In this document: positions 37,591 to 51,070 of the stretch, in pieces
Layout: every line of letters begins with the position of its first letter
Position numbering within the stretch: the first letter of the stretch is position 1
Assembly (NCBI GenBank): GCA_951406725.2
Contig: OX597818.1
Location: forward strand, 45,074,001-45,138,000
DNA length: 64,000 nucleotides
From: Octopus vulgaris
Taxonomy: Eukaryota
Direction: 5' to 3'
The notes under the pieces: generated by a model
Database searches by the model: none
Told to the model about the DNA's origin: nothing
Seen by the model: only the letters and a program-made list of their open reading frames with translations
Program-made: the position numbers and the translations under genes

Positions 37591-39709
37591 CAACAGTCAA
37601 CCCTAAATGTGTGTGTGTGTGTGTTGATCACTCCTATTATTGCCAACTGAGTAGAATATACATCACTGAGGAAGTTTAATAAGACTGAAACATGTTCAGT
37701 ACTTTCCCCAACTGGTTCAATTTATCTCATACTGCAGTTCCTATAAAATTCCAATTCATTTTTATTAGAGTTGCCACCTTTGCCTGTTGTCTTTAGATTT
37801 TAAACACATATCTAAAGGAAATGTTTACATAGTAATTGCGTGGTTAATCTCAGTTTATCAGTTTTTAGCTTACTATATTTGATATGTGAAGCCCTACTGT
37901 ATTTGAATTTGGTGTGCAGAACATTCCCCTCTAATACATAGTTGACATTCAGTGTCAGTATTACTGCAATTCCTCTAATTATATAGGGTGGATTTCCACC
38001 TTCTGACAATAAGAACTGACTTGTTTGATCAATTAAAACCTGCTTCTGAATTAATGTGTAAGTAGCTGAGCATTCCTCAGGCATGATAAGCACCTTGAAC
38101 ATAAATCTCTGTCATTATGTAGCTCTCATCTCTTTCGTTTATTATTTCCCATACATTTACCACATCACTACAACATATTATACCATATCTAACTGCTTAG
38201 TACATCCTACCCTATTTAACACAAGGAAAATCACAAAATACCTTACTGGTTAACCTTGAAGTTCAGCTATTGTCAAGTAGCCTTTGCCACTACTCTTTCA
38301 AACAAACCTTTTTGCCAAGATACTAACTGCTGTTGTTTATGCCACATCACACTAACTCTTTCTACTGGTACCGTGTGTCTTAACCAACCACAACTATAAA
38401 TGCTGTAAACTATCATTGCTTTTCATTACTACATACCGGAATGGTCTGCTGGTAACAACTCCTTTCTTTAAACTCTTTGATTATTGTTTTTGTTTATTTG
38501 AAAAGGCTAATCTTTCTCAAAATATTATAAGCGCATTAAACAACCTATATTAGGTAATACAATATCATCCTTCTTTTCTCATTTATTGATACCACCATAT
38601 ATATATTTTCCCTAACTTCTCAAACATTTATATCATCTACATCTTGCAATGCTTGAAGCAAATTTCAATACTCTTTTAGAAAAAGAAGAAGATTATATAA
38701 AATGGAAATTTAGCAAGAGATTAAGTTTAATATAAGCAATATTTTGTGGCTGAAGAATATAAATACACTAACAATAAAACTATAATCAACAAGTATAAAA
38801 AAAAGTATATATTTTCTCCCTTCTTTGCAAATTCCCCCAAAACAAAATAATCTCATTTATATTTCTTAGTTTTTCTATTCTTTATTCCCTTGAAGATGTC
38901 TTTATTCTTTCATTATTTCTTGGAACTTTCATTCCTTTCACAATTCTTTAGTAACTGTATTCCCTTGATCATTCCAGGATTCTTTCATTCTTACTTCTCT
39001 GTCATTAACTCAAATGAAGCTATTTCATAAGACCACACTTGTGAATTAGCTAACCAACCCTCTTCTAACAGGAAAAACTGATATAACATTGATTGATCAA
39101 GATAAAAAGAGATCGTTGGCGTGCAACAAAGTGAAGAATATTTATGGCAAGTTTTTCTTCCCTTGAGTTGTCCGTACATGAAGATAAAAAGAAAATAGTT
39201 CAGAGTCTAAGGAAATAAATGCCTTCTACGTATTTCTAACAGCTTCAACCATGTAGGCAGATATTTAGTGCATGCTGGACGAATTAAAGCTTTCTCTGAA
39301 CACAGTTTCTAATCCATAATTACATCAGTACACATGTGTACTCACATACAAATGCATAATCAGTCTGTGGGAATGTATATGCGTCTTAAAAATATTTAGT
39401 CAAGTGGTTCCAGGCTTGATCCCACTAAGAAGCACTTTGGTAAAGTGTCTTCCAATACATATATATATACAAATATATGTATTTATGTATGTATGTATGT
39501 ATGTATGTATGTATTGTTTATGTGTGTGTGTGTGTATTTCATGTTTTGCTAAGAAGCAATGCATGGTACCAGATTTTTTCAACTCAAATCAAATACAACA
39601 CAATGATGATGATGAACTCTAAATCCTTGTTAGAGTATCCATGTAAGTGGAGTCAGGGACAGGCTAGTTTGTGCTGGCATCAAATCATATAAATTGTAAT
39701 ACTGAAGTC

Positions 39710-39930
39710 AAACCAAATAATGATATTTTGAAAGCATTTAATTTATGTGTTTCTGATCTATATCATATATATATATATCCCATTATGCAGGATCTTCCTC
39801 AGTTAATACATTTCAAAATATTTTGAAATGTATTAACTGAGGAACTTCTTGTGTAATGGAGTGTATATTTTATTATATACAGATCTGAAACATACATATT
39901 AAATGCTTTCAAAATATTGTCATTTGGTTT
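39710..39930. repeat. ~220-bp palindrome with degenerate hammerhead motifs
   Basis: Perfect core ttcctcagttaatacatttcaaaat|attttgaaatgtattaactgaggaa, with outer arms that also pair. Each arm has ttaa CTGAGGA ...gatc(t/a) GAAAC ..ttaa. Confidence 0.85.
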
Positions 39931-40407
39931 GTCTTAATTATTACTATATATACTGGGTGTTAAATGATGACGATAATGATGACATATATATACATACATG
40001 CATACATATATATATATGCACACACATACCTATACAAGATCGAATACACACACACACACCTCACCTCTTTTATATATATATCTAATTTAATTTATATATA
40101 TATATATATACATAAATGATTACATAGCACATATGTACACAAGTTACTGTGTAAGTTGAAATTATGTAAATCATCAAAGAAAATATATTCTTATTGATAT
40201 TATTAATCTTCAAACAACACAAGATTTAAACAATTATTTATTGTTTTAAAAGGTAATAAATATGATAATTATGTATGTTTGTCATATTTATATTATATAT
40301 ATATATATATATATATGGAGGTCATAATTAGAGGGTTCCACAATATAAGTTGGGGCAATATGAGTTAATGAAAGCAATTGACTAGAAAAATGAAACTGAT
40401 AATAGGG

Positions 40408-40590
40408 GTTTCAAATTTTGGCACAAGGTCAACAACATCAGGGGAGTGGATAAGTCAATTACATTGACCCCAGTACGTGACTGGTACTTAATTTATTGAC
40501 TCCAAAAGTATGAATGGCAAAGTCAACCTTGCCAGAATTTAAACTCAGAATGTAAAAACAGATGGAAGGCCACTAATCATTTTATCTAGT
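40408..40590 (-). mobile_element. SINE family B
   Basis: Reverse-complement family B core. Confidence 0.75.
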
Positions 40591-40701
40591 ATACTAATGA
40601 TTTACCTGTGTGCCAAAACTGATTATAATGACACTGTAAATCATTGCTTAAAGTCATTTGACATAGAGGTTTGTAAATTACTTTCAATATATATTAATCA
40701 T

Positions 40702-40903
40702 AAGGCAGTGAGCTGGCAGAAATGCTTAGTGGTATTTTGTCTGTCTTTACGTTCTGAGTTCAAATTCTGCCGAAGTCGACTTTGCCTTTCATTCTCTTGG
40801 GGTCGATAAATCAAGTACCAGTTGCACACTGGGATCGATCTAATCGACTTCCCCCACCACCCCGCCCCTAAAATTTCAGGCCTTGTGCCTAGTGTAGAAA
40901 AGA
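40702..40903 (+). mobile_element. SINE family B
   Basis: aaggcagtgagctggcagaa...ttctgagttcaaattctgccgaagtcgactttgcc. Confidence 0.85.
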
Positions 40904-41065
40904 ATATATATCAACAATAAATTTATATGAAATTACAAATATTGTTAGTGACACTTGGAAGTTTATACTCCGGTTGACTGAATCTAAAGAGAGAAAAAAA
41001 AAAGAAAATAGAAAAGACCCTAAAGTCCTAAACTAAATCTATAAAGGAAGCTATAAACCAAGCAC

Positions 41066-41117
<52 letters not shown>

Positions 41118-41787
41118 ATGTCATGTCATATATATAATGCATGTATTATATCATATACCATGTCATGCCATATCATTTTACACTATATAATTACATTATG
41201 TGATGCAATATATTATATTTGCTATGTAGGTGTGATTTTTATATTTATACAGGCAAGATGTTTTAAAAGATATTGATTGAGCTATCAGTTTCATGTTTAC
41301 AAACTGCTGATTTTTCTTTTTTATTTCTTACACATTTTAAACATTTTGTGTTTGTTCTTGTATTGCAATTCAAGCTACATTTACTGTCAGCACATATTTA
41401 AGGTGATTACCTACTTACACCGAAAAATAATATTGCAGATGCATCACCATTCATATTGAAGAATATGCAGCAATGAAAAGAATATACTGACATGCTTTCA
41501 TTCATGTGTTGTAGTTGTAGCTGCTGTTATGTCCTTAAACAAGTTCGAAGAGTGACAACAGAATATTGTGGGCGGTGTGCTAAATATAGAATTTCTCTAA
41601 CCATTTTCTGAGACAGAATGAGATGATTCAGCATAGCTATTTGTTTGTTGACAATTTGGCATGGCTGGCTGAACATTCAACCTGCTTTGGTGACAATATT
41701 AGTTGGCACTGTAGGCAAATACAAGCACACACACACACGCAGAAATACACACATAGAAATATGTGTTTGTGTATGTGTGTGTGTGTA

Positions 41788-42120
41788 TCATCATTATTTG
41801 GCTTCCTCCTTCCATGCTAGCATGGGTTGGATGGTTTGACAGGGGCTGGCCAGGCAGGGGCCTGCACCAGACTTCTATGTCTGTTTTAGCAGGGCTTTTA
41901 TGGCTTGACAGGAACTGGCCAGGCAGGGGCCTGCCCCAGACTTCTGTGTCTGTTTTAGCAGGGTATTTTATGGCTGGATGTCCTTCCTAACACGAACCAC
42001 TCCAGAGTTCTGACTGTGTTTTATGTGGTACAAGCACAGGTGAGGTCACTTTGGCATGGTTTTTACAGCTGGATACTCTTCCAAATGCCAACCACTTTAC
42101 AGTGTGGAGTGGATGCTTTT
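41788..42120 (-). mobile_element. RTE tail-derived fragment with internal duplications
   Basis: ccatgctagcatgggttgga motif and a duplicated ~58-bp segment (41836-41965). Confidence 0.65.
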
Positions 42121-42159
42121 TTAAGTAGCAAGAGCTCTGGCAGGGTCAACAGCACTGGC

Positions 42160-42533
42160 AGTGCCTGTGTGGTAAGTAGCTTGCTTACCAACCACATGGT
42201 TCTGGGCTCAGCCCCACTGTGTGGCACCTTGGGCAAATGTTTTCTACTATATCCTTGGGCCGACCAAAGCCTTGTGAGTGAATTTGGTAGACGGAAACTG
42301 AAAGAAGCCCGTTGTATATATATATGTGTGTGTGTGTGTGTCCCTCAATATTGCTTGATAACCGATGATGGTGTGTTTACATCCCCATAACTTAGCAGTA
42401 TGACAAAAGAGACCGATAGAATAAGTACTAGGCTTACAAAGAATAAGTCCTGGGGTTGATTTGCTTGACTAAAGGTGGTGCTCCAGCATGGTCGCAGTCA
42501 AATGACTGAAACAAGTAAAAGAGTAAAAGAGTA
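42160..42533 (+). mobile_element. SINE family A
   Basis: Homolog of 9630-10050. Confidence 0.9.
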
Positions 42534-42741
42534 ACACACTTCATTTCATGTTGCTTCAGTCCACTCAGCTGGCAAAAATTAGTGACCTCATGATGCCCTG
42601 ACATCCAATCCAGCAGGGGAGTCTACATCGCAGAATCCAGTAAACCAGCCTTGTGAGCCTATGGCCTGGAAAGAACCTTTGATCCTTTTGTGAATATATT
42701 CAGTAATCTAAAGACAGTTATCTGACTCAATGAAAACAACT

Positions 42742-43010
42742 CTCTCTTTCTCTATCCGCTCAGTCGAAGTCGACTCTCGGTTACTCGATGGATCAGTATC
42801 CTCCAGTCAGTTCTATCCTGGGCCGCTTCCTTCAGATTGGCCATGTCCATTCCAGTATCACTCCTGCTTGTGTCAAGCCAGCGGGTTCTTGGTCGGCCTC
42901 TTCCTCTCTTGCCACTGACCATTCCAAGCATGATGTCCTTCTCCAGGGATTTTCTCCGCATAATATGACCGAAATATGCCAATCTACGCTTGGTAATCCC
43001 AGCTTCTAGC
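42742..43010 (-). pseudogene. 5'-truncated RTE/BovB-like LINE C-terminus
   Basis: YFGHIMRRKSLEKDIMLGMVSGKRGRGRPRTRWLD...AAQDRTDWR..IHRVTESR. Confidence 0.85.
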
Positions 43011-43487
43011 GCAGGTTATATTGTATATGAAAATAAATGCATGTAATACAGCAAACTCCCTTCTATCTGGCACCATTAGAACAGAAGAGTTGCCAGATAT
43101 CTGAATTTTCCCCATATCTAATCATAACTTTTTAAATTACCTAACACCTTACAAAATTCATTGAAACTTTATATATCCATCAGGATTATCATTAATAGTC
43201 TGAATATAGTAGAAATGAAATAGAAAGAAATGAAAATATAATTTAAATAGATAACAAGTTTTATTAAGTGCAGTGAAATAAAATACAATACTATACTTTG
43301 AGAAGTAACAAACCATTTTAGATACAGTAGAATCTCTTTCTTTAATGACAGTTAATTAATTACCACAAATTAGCACAAATTCTCTATACTCTAATTAGCA
43401 AAACATTTTTTATTTTTTTCTAGGTGCTGATTGCTTAAGAGTTCCAATTATTTGATTACTAGTTAAGAGGGAGTTTACTGTATTTAT

Positions 43488-43891
43488 ACTCTTTACTCTT
43501 TTACTTGTTTCAGTCATTTGACTGTGGCCATGCTGGAGCACCGCCTTTATTTGAGCAAATCGCCCCCAGGACATATTCTTTGTAAGCCTAGTACTTATTC
43601 TATCGGTCTCTTTTGCCGAACCACTAAGTTACGGGGACATGAACACACCAGCATCGTTTGTCAAGCGATTTTGTGGGGACAAACACAGACACACAAACAC
43701 ACACTCACACATATATATATATACATATACACGACAGGCTTCCTTCAGTTTCCATCTACCAAATCCACTCACAAGGCTTTGGTCGGCCCAAGGCTATAGT
43801 AGAAGACACTTGCCCAAAGTGACATGCAGTGGGACTGAACCCGGAGCCCTGTGGTTGGTAAGCAAGCTACTTACCACACAGCCACTCCTGC
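43488..43891 (-). mobile_element. SINE family A
   Basis: Reverse-complement homolog of 9630-10050. Confidence 0.9.
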
Positions 43892-44429
43892 TATGTTATT
43901 TTTGACAAAATAATTTTTGTTTCCGGCAAAAAGACCATACACCATCATTCTTCATCAGCTAATATTTTAGTATTGACTGGTTATTATAGACACTGGTGCT
44001 GGTGAGAAACTTGAATATTCTCTCCAATATTAATTGAGACTAACAGAAACTTCATATCTCTCAGGTTTTGCCGCATTATGTGTAAAATTATTCACAGAAA
44101 CATGACTTTCATAAGCAATAACAATGGAGGCATTACGTATTAGCGATAGGAATAAAATATTTTGGTGATTCAACGAAAATATAATCCTAGTGTATCGATT
44201 TTAGCAGAGAACTGGAAAAGATAGGAAATCCGGATACTTTTGAGCGATATACAAATTAATGCAAAAAAAGCTAACAAAACATAACATATATGCACACACA
44301 CACACACACACGTACGCTCATGTATATATACATAAAAACATAAAATATAATATGTATGTATGTATGTATGTATATATATGTGTGTGTGTGTGTGTATATA
44401 TATATGTATAAATATAATCATCATCATGT

Positions 44430-44937
44430 AGATGTGCAATGGCCCAGTGGTTAGGGCAGCGGACTCACGGTTGTAGGATCGCAATTTTGATTCCCAGAGC
44501 GGGCATTGTGAGTGTTTATTGAGCAAAAACACCTAAAGCTCCACAAGGCTCCAGCAGTGGGTGGTGGTGAACCCTGCTGTAGTCTTTCACCACAACTTTC
44601 ATTCACTCTTTCTTCCTGTTTCTGTTGTACCTGTATTTCAAAGGGCCAGCCTTGTCACACTCTGTGTCATGCTGAATCTCCCCAAGAACTACATTAAGGG
44701 TACACGTGTCTGTGGAGTTCTCAGCCACTTGCACGTTAATAAATGAGCTGCGACGTCACTGGTGCCAAGTTGTATTGGCCTTTGCCTTTCCCTTGGATAA
44801 CATCAGTGGCATGGAGAGGGGAGGCTGGTATGCGTGGGAGACTGCTGGTCTTCCATAAACAACATTGCTTGGACTTGTGCCTCAGAGGGTAACTTTCTAG
44901 GTACAATCCCATGGTCATTCATGACCGAAGGGGGTCA
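44430..44937 (+). mobile_element. Chimeric SINE (family C head and body plus the tail of the 36302-36637 family)
   Basis: The head matches 24645. 44738-44937 matches the reverse complement of 36304-36500. Confidence 0.75.
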
Positions 44938-45298
44938 CAAAATCATCATCATCATTATTATTATTTAATGTCCATTTTCCATACTGGCTTGGGTTGGATG
45001 CTTTGACAAGAGCTGGTAAAGCTGGGAGCCATATCAGGTTCCATTTTCTATGTTGGCATGATTTTTACTGTTAGATGCCCTTCCTAATGCCAACCATTTC
45101 ACAAATTGTACTGGGTAGTTTTTATGTGGTACCATCACTGACAGGGTAACCAAGTACCTTTCAAGATGAAAAAAGCAGAAATGATTCAATTGAGATGGGG
45201 TAGTCTTGATTGGGGTGGTTTTGCAACATTTGAGAGAATAAGGTTACAGAGAGACAGAGTTGTCTTGCTGTAGATACATGGATATTGCACATTATTTA

Positions 45299-45522
45299 CA
45301 TTATTTACATTCGATGGATATTTCTCCTCATCTTGTTTGTTGTTAACACAACATTTCGGCTGTTATACCCTCCAGCCTTCTTCATGTGTCTTGGGGGAAA
45401 TTTCGAACCTGAGTTCTCATTTCCCCAAGACACCTGAAGAAGGCTGGAGGATATATCAGCCGAAACGTTGTATTAACAACAAACAAGATGAGGACAAATA
45501 TCCATCAAATATAAGTAGTGTA
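45299..45522. repeat. Fold-back palindrome (Penelope-like inverted pLTR) with two hammerhead motifs
   Basis: 45299-45401 is the reverse complement of 45419-45522. Confidence 0.9.
45429..45474 (+). ncRNA. Minimal type I hammerhead ribozyme motif
   Basis: gacac CTGAAGA a[ggctg gaggatatat cagcc] GAAAC GTT gtatt. Intact core, 5-bp stem II and loopless palindromic stem III. The other arm gives gtgtt for stem I. Confidence 0.8.
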
Positions 45523-45769
45523 CATAATTCCTCATCTCTTAAATATAGAACAATGGATACCGCAGTTGGAAAAGAAAGGAAAGTGAGTTAGGGAGTAATG
45601 TAAGGAGAGTGGCAGTGAGGGAGATGATGTTGAAGATGTGTTGGGACATGCCTTTGAGGGACATTTCGAGTGGTAAGAATAGGTGAAGTGATACTGAGGT
45701 TCGGACCTGGTAAGTGGGTAGGATAGAGGTGACAGTAGTAAATGATGGAGAGAAACAATGATGGAGAGG

Positions 45770-45995
45770 CAAGCTGGCAGAAACGTTAGCACGCTAGGCA
45801 AAATGCTTAGCAGTATTTCGACTGTCTTTATATTCTGAGTTCAAATGCTGCCGAGGTCAACTTTGCCTTTCATCCTTTCGGGGTTGACAAATTAAGTACC
45901 AGTTAAGCACTGGGATCGCTGCAATCGACTTAATCCCTTTGTCTGTCCTTGTTTGTCCCCTCTATATTTAGCCCCTTGTGGGCAATAAAGAAATA
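45770..45995 (+). mobile_element. SINE family B with ~19-bp TSD
   Basis: agaaacaatgatggagagg (45751-45769) and agaaacaatgatgaagagg (45996-46014). Confidence 0.9.
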
Positions 45996-46110
45996 AGAAA
46001 CAATGATGAAGAGGTTTGGGAGCAGAGATTGCCATGAATATGAGAGGATTTTGAGGATGATTGCAAATAGATGGGGTGATGGAATAATAAATTATGTCAT
46101 AAAGTTAATT

Positions 46111-46191
46111 AGCTTACAGCTGTTTCTGTTATAGGGTGCAATGCACTCATAATTGACTGCTTGTGTATCACCCTGTAGATTCATTGGAGCT
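46111..46191 (-). ncRNA. Degenerate type I hammerhead motif with long stem II
   Basis: Minus strand: agct CCAATGA atctacagggtg...caccctataaca GAAAC AGCT GTA agct. The core is mutated from CTGATGA. Confidence 0.55.
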
Positions 46192-46464
46192 TCAAAAACG
46201 AAGTGCATTTGTATTTGGGAAAGCATTTACATTCATTTGTCTAGACTGAAAAGAATTATCATCGAAAAAAAGCTTAAACATATGTAGAAAATGGAGTAAA
46301 GAGTGTGAGGGATAGAAGCCCCTCCCAGAAAAAGCAGAAGTGGAAATGCAAGGAAGTGTAGAAATGTAATTTGATTTGTTCTGGTAGAGTGTGTGAGAAG
46401 TTTTCTTATTAAGTGTGGGTGGGACACAGCACTTCTAGAACTCAGTTTCACTGACATGGGTGGG

Positions 46465-46985
46465 TCTTCTCAAGAACCTCATGTCGCCAGATATTTCATT
46501 CCATTGTGATTTCCTCTGTGAGGCCCCACATCCTGAGATCGGTCCTTACCACTTCATCCCACGTCTTCCTGGGTCTCCTTCCACGGGTATCATCCAATTT
46601 TGGTGACTGGCACTTCTTTATGCAGCTGTCCTTTATTCATACACATCACATGTCCAAATCAATGTAATTTTCTCTCTTGCATGCTACATTTATTCCTCTT
46701 ATGCCCAACTTTTCTCTCAGTACATTTGCACTTTGTTGTATATGTGCACTGATGTTGCATATCCAACGGAGCATACTACCTTCATTTCTCTCTAGTCTCA
46801 CTGTGAGAGAGAGTCCTTTTGTTGCCAATAGAGGTAATAGCTCTCTAAACTTCCTTCACCCAATTCTTATTCTAGAAACAGTACTGTCAGAACATCTCCC
46901 ACCATTTCTCATTTGGTCACCTAGGTAACAGAAACTATCTACAACCTCAAGAGAGCCTCCTGGCCATTTAAGAGAATCGAGATAA
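46465..46985 (-). pseudogene. Old 5'-truncated RTE copy related to the large element
   Basis: LEVVDSFCYLGDQ, RNEGSMLRWICN and LREKLGIRGI, with frameshifts. Confidence 0.85.
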
Positions 46986-47724
46986 AAAGTGACAATCCAA
47001 CACAATGGGAGAAAGTGAAAGAAGCATTTATGAAGGCCATAAAGAGCTTTCTCCATAAGGATTCTAGCAAGATTGACAATTAATAATTAACAGACCAAAG
47101 AGTGGATGAACTAATGATACATGTTACAGATAATGGTATGTGCGTTTGTGCTTATGCCTAAGCATATAATATATAAATATATATATCTTTTCAAGAAAAC
47201 GGTTCCTAGTGGCTCCAAATTTTTGGCTTACAAGCTATAATCAGGTACTTTGATGATGGATAATAAGAACTTTCAAGTCACTGTCAGTCTTTTTCACAAA
47301 CAGATAAATAAATAAGTACACAACTAAAATATATTGAGTGATCCTTCAATTTAATACTAAATTCTTTTTATATATAACTTTATATAAAAACAAATATTAA
47401 ATCTATGTACCTGTCTGTTCGTCTTTTTATAGATAAATAGATAGATAGACAAACAGAAAGACAGATAGGTTTAATGCTATATGTATATATATTCTATTAA
47501 TTATCGTTTTGAATAGCTGAAATGAAAGAAATGTCTAATAGTCCAAGGAACAGTTCATTTATATTATGGAAGTGACCGGAGGTGTTTGAAGTTTCAAACC
47601 TGCCTGAAACAGCTTCTGGTTCTGTGATACATAGTCACTATCTTAAAGGGATCTAAATAAAAATATCCCATCAAAATTCGTGTAAATTCAACAGCTTAAT
47701 AATGACCAAGTTATTTCAATAAAT

Positions 47725-48003
47725 AGCCAGTGCCACTGGACTGGCTCCTGTGCAGGTGGCACATAAAAAGCACCATTTGAGTGTGCCTGTTGCCAGTACT
47801 GCCTGACTGGCCCTCGTGCCGGTGGCACATAAAAGTACCCACTACACTCTCAGAGTGGTTGGCGTTAGGAAGGGCTTCCAGCAGTAGAAACTCTGCCAGA
47901 TTAGATTGGAGTCTGGTGCAGCCATCTGGTTCGCCAGACCTCAGTCAAATCGTTCAACCTATGCCAGCATGGAAAGTGGACGTTAAACAATGATGATGAT
48001 GAT
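47725..48003 (+). mobile_element. RTE 3'-tail fragment
   Basis: Subrepeats plus the conserved tail ending ggacgttaaacaa(tga)n. Confidence 0.85.
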
Positions 48004-48499
48004 TTCATCATTTTTCCAAATTGATTCAAACGAATTTGATGTATTCCATCAGAAATATGGTAACAAAAGAGTTAAGCAACTCACAAGTTTTTATAATAAT
48101 ATAGCTACCATTTCTGTTATCTACTCCTATATATTTAGTATATTTAAAGTGCTTGTTTTCAATTGGTTCACCAGAAATTCCACTGCATTCCTTGTGTATT
48201 CTTTAAATTATGAATGAATTATACAGTGTTACAGCGTGTTCCCAGATGGCATTTGAATATTGTATTTTCTGCCATCTGCATTAGACCTGTTAGAATTTGG
48301 CTGGTAATTTAAAATTCCTTAAGTGAATGAGCTATGTTAATCAGGTTGTTAGGCATATGTTAATTTTCAATGTAATGCTATCCTGAAGCTTCAGATATTG
48401 TATCAAGCATTGTAAGGGATAGAAGTTGATGGGGATAAAGCTATGGTGATTAGCTACCTATACACTAAATTCTTCCCTCTGAGTTACTGGCTGTGTGGT

Positions 48500-48890
48500 A
48501 GGCGTAGGAGTGGCTGTGTAGTAAGTAGATTGCTTACGAACCACATGGTTCTGGGTTCAGTCCTACTGCTTGGCACTTTGGGCAAGTGTCTTCTACTCTA
48601 GCCTCAGGCCGACCAAAGCCTTGTGAGTGGATTTGGTAGACAGAAACTGAAAGAAGCCAATGTATATATATATATATATGTATGTGTATATGTTTGTGTG
48701 TCTGTGTTTGTCTCCCCTAACATCGCTGGTGTGGTTACGTTCCCATAACTTAGCAGTTTGGCAAAAGAGACTGATAGAATAAGTACTAGGCTTACAAAGA
48801 ATAAGTCCTGGGGTCGATTTGCTCAACTAAAGGTGGTGCTTCAGCATGGCCACAGTCAAATGACTGAAACAAGTAAAAGGGTAAAAGAGT
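48500..48890 (+). mobile_element. SINE family A
   Basis: Homolog of 9630-10050. Confidence 0.9.
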
Positions 48891-48983
48891 TATTTCATTG
48901 CTTACAACACAAGGCCTGAATGATGTTACAGGTAATTTATTTACACCTGATGTTTAAGTATTATGTATCTATATTGTATAATG

Positions 48984-49471
48984 CAGTGGTCTCAAACTTT
49001 TTTATACCACGGACCAGATTCATGCTGGGCAATCTTTCTGCAGACTGGTGGTGGCACATATGTTTAATTTAAATGCATTTCAATAAAGAGAGCAATGATA
49101 AAAAGAACTATTTATGAAAGGGAAGAAAAAGTATATAAGCTTTTGACTCTTATGTCTGTGCTCCAGCCTGACCACACATTCGTACGCTTAGTTTTCCTGA
49201 ATCGATACCTATTACACTATTATCACACCAATATCAGCTCATCATAATGTAGAATCAGTGGGAGCTTTGAGTTTGTTTCCTAGCAACTAGACAATCCCAT
49301 CTGGGTGTGATGGGAGAAAATTACACTTGCAGTGTGTTCTTTATGTCTAGTCTACTTCATAATTTTGTTTTGGTTACTGTCACTGCAGAAAACCCTGCTT
49401 ATTTCTTTGCAGCCTGGTAGCAAAAGATCCACAGACCAGCACCAGTCATAGCCTGGTGGTTTGGACCTCTG
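48984..49471. mobile_element. hAT-Charlie non-autonomous element (MER1/Charlie3-like)
   Basis: TIRs cagtggtctcaaac / gtttggacctctg, with a 6/8 matching 8-bp TSD (gtataatg / atataatc). The internal ataatgtagaatcagtgggagc...gcaactagacaatcccatctggg resembles MER1A as I recall it. Confidence 0.7.
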
Positions 49472-49888
49472 ATATAATCTATACAATGCATGAAAAAAAG
49501 ACAAATCAGTCATGGCTTGAATGTCTTAGATCAGGTATGGACAACATTTTCCAAGAAGCTGGCCATATGAGACATGACTCATCAGGCAGGCAGTACTAAT
49601 AAAAAAGATACAAGATAATTTTTTTGTTAGCCATGCCATTCAGAAGGTCCTGTAGTCTACAGCTTGCTCATGGCTGTCTTTGATCACAGAGCTGTAAATC
49701 TGACCTGAAGCTAAACAACAACTTGTTGAATCAGTTTGAAGCTTCAGTTATTGCATGTCCCAAGTGCTGCCCCTCAGCAGTAACTAACACAGTATTTGCA
49801 TGTCTGATGCTTTCAGCTTACATCGTACCCTCATAAACCTATTCTTTATAACTATGTGTATGTGTGTATACACATGTATGTCCATGTA

Positions 49889-50452
49889 TTGGGTTGTCCG
49901 GAAAGTTTGTGCCGATTTATAGTGCTTACCTTTTGACTTATTTTGACTTTTGACTTATGGTTGAGTCCATAAAATAGGATTTGACTACACCTCCATTTAG
50001 AGCACAGTTTAAGCTATCTTTTCGCGGAAGAAGGTTTATGTTCCTATAACCTGTGTTAATTCTGTAACCCTTTAAAATGGAAAATAAGCAAGTTCACTTG
50101 ATGCTTTGGAAACCAGACAAAAATTGCTGCAGCTCGGCTGGGATGTGTTACCCCACCCTCCATATTCACCAGATATTGCTCCATCAGATTTCCACTTATT
50201 CAGGTCTCTGCAGAATAGTCTTAACGGTAAAAATTTCAATTCCTTGGATGACGTAAAAAGATACCTTGACAAATTCTTTGCCGTGAAACCACCTCAATTC
50301 TGGGAAGAGTTGTATTTTCAAATTAAAGGAAAGATGGAGACGCATTGTGCAACAATATGGTTCATATTTGGTTGATTAAAAATGTAATGGCAAGTATTTA
50401 TTGACCTTTTTCTTTCCTTTAAAAATTGGCACAAACTTTCTGGACAACCCAA
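49889..50452 (+). mobile_element. Internally deleted mariner element with intact TIRs
   Basis: TIRs ttgggttgtccggaaagtttgtgccgattt / aaattggcacaaactttctggacaacccaa and a TA TSD. ORF 50106..50375 contains LPHPPYSPDIAPSDFHLFRSL (the YSPDL motif). Confidence 0.92.
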
Positions 50453-50872
50453 TATATAGAACTGAGACATGTAGTGCAATGTTGTACTTAAGAAGACCCA
50501 CCCCACACAACAGAATTGAGATCCTATAAAACACATTGGTGTGTGTGCTGGTGCCACATAAAAAGGCATTGGTGCTACACCGTGTAAAAAACACTGGTGT
50601 TGGAGCTATGTAAAAAGCATCCACTACACTGTAAAGTGGTTGATGTTAGGAATGGCATCCGGCTGTGGAAACAGCAAGTTAGATATTTCACTATGGGTGT
50701 TATTTAGCAATGATATATTGTAAGGAAATGAGAGCAGAATTTGAGAACTAAGATTCTATTAAATTTGTGGTATTTCAGTTCTAAGACAATTTTAAAAGAA
50801 TCAGGTATTTTCAGTTTGCCAATGTTTTTCTTAGGATGAAGGCAGTTCATGCAAGAACAATTTTGCATCTTT

Positions 50873-51070
<198 letters not shown>

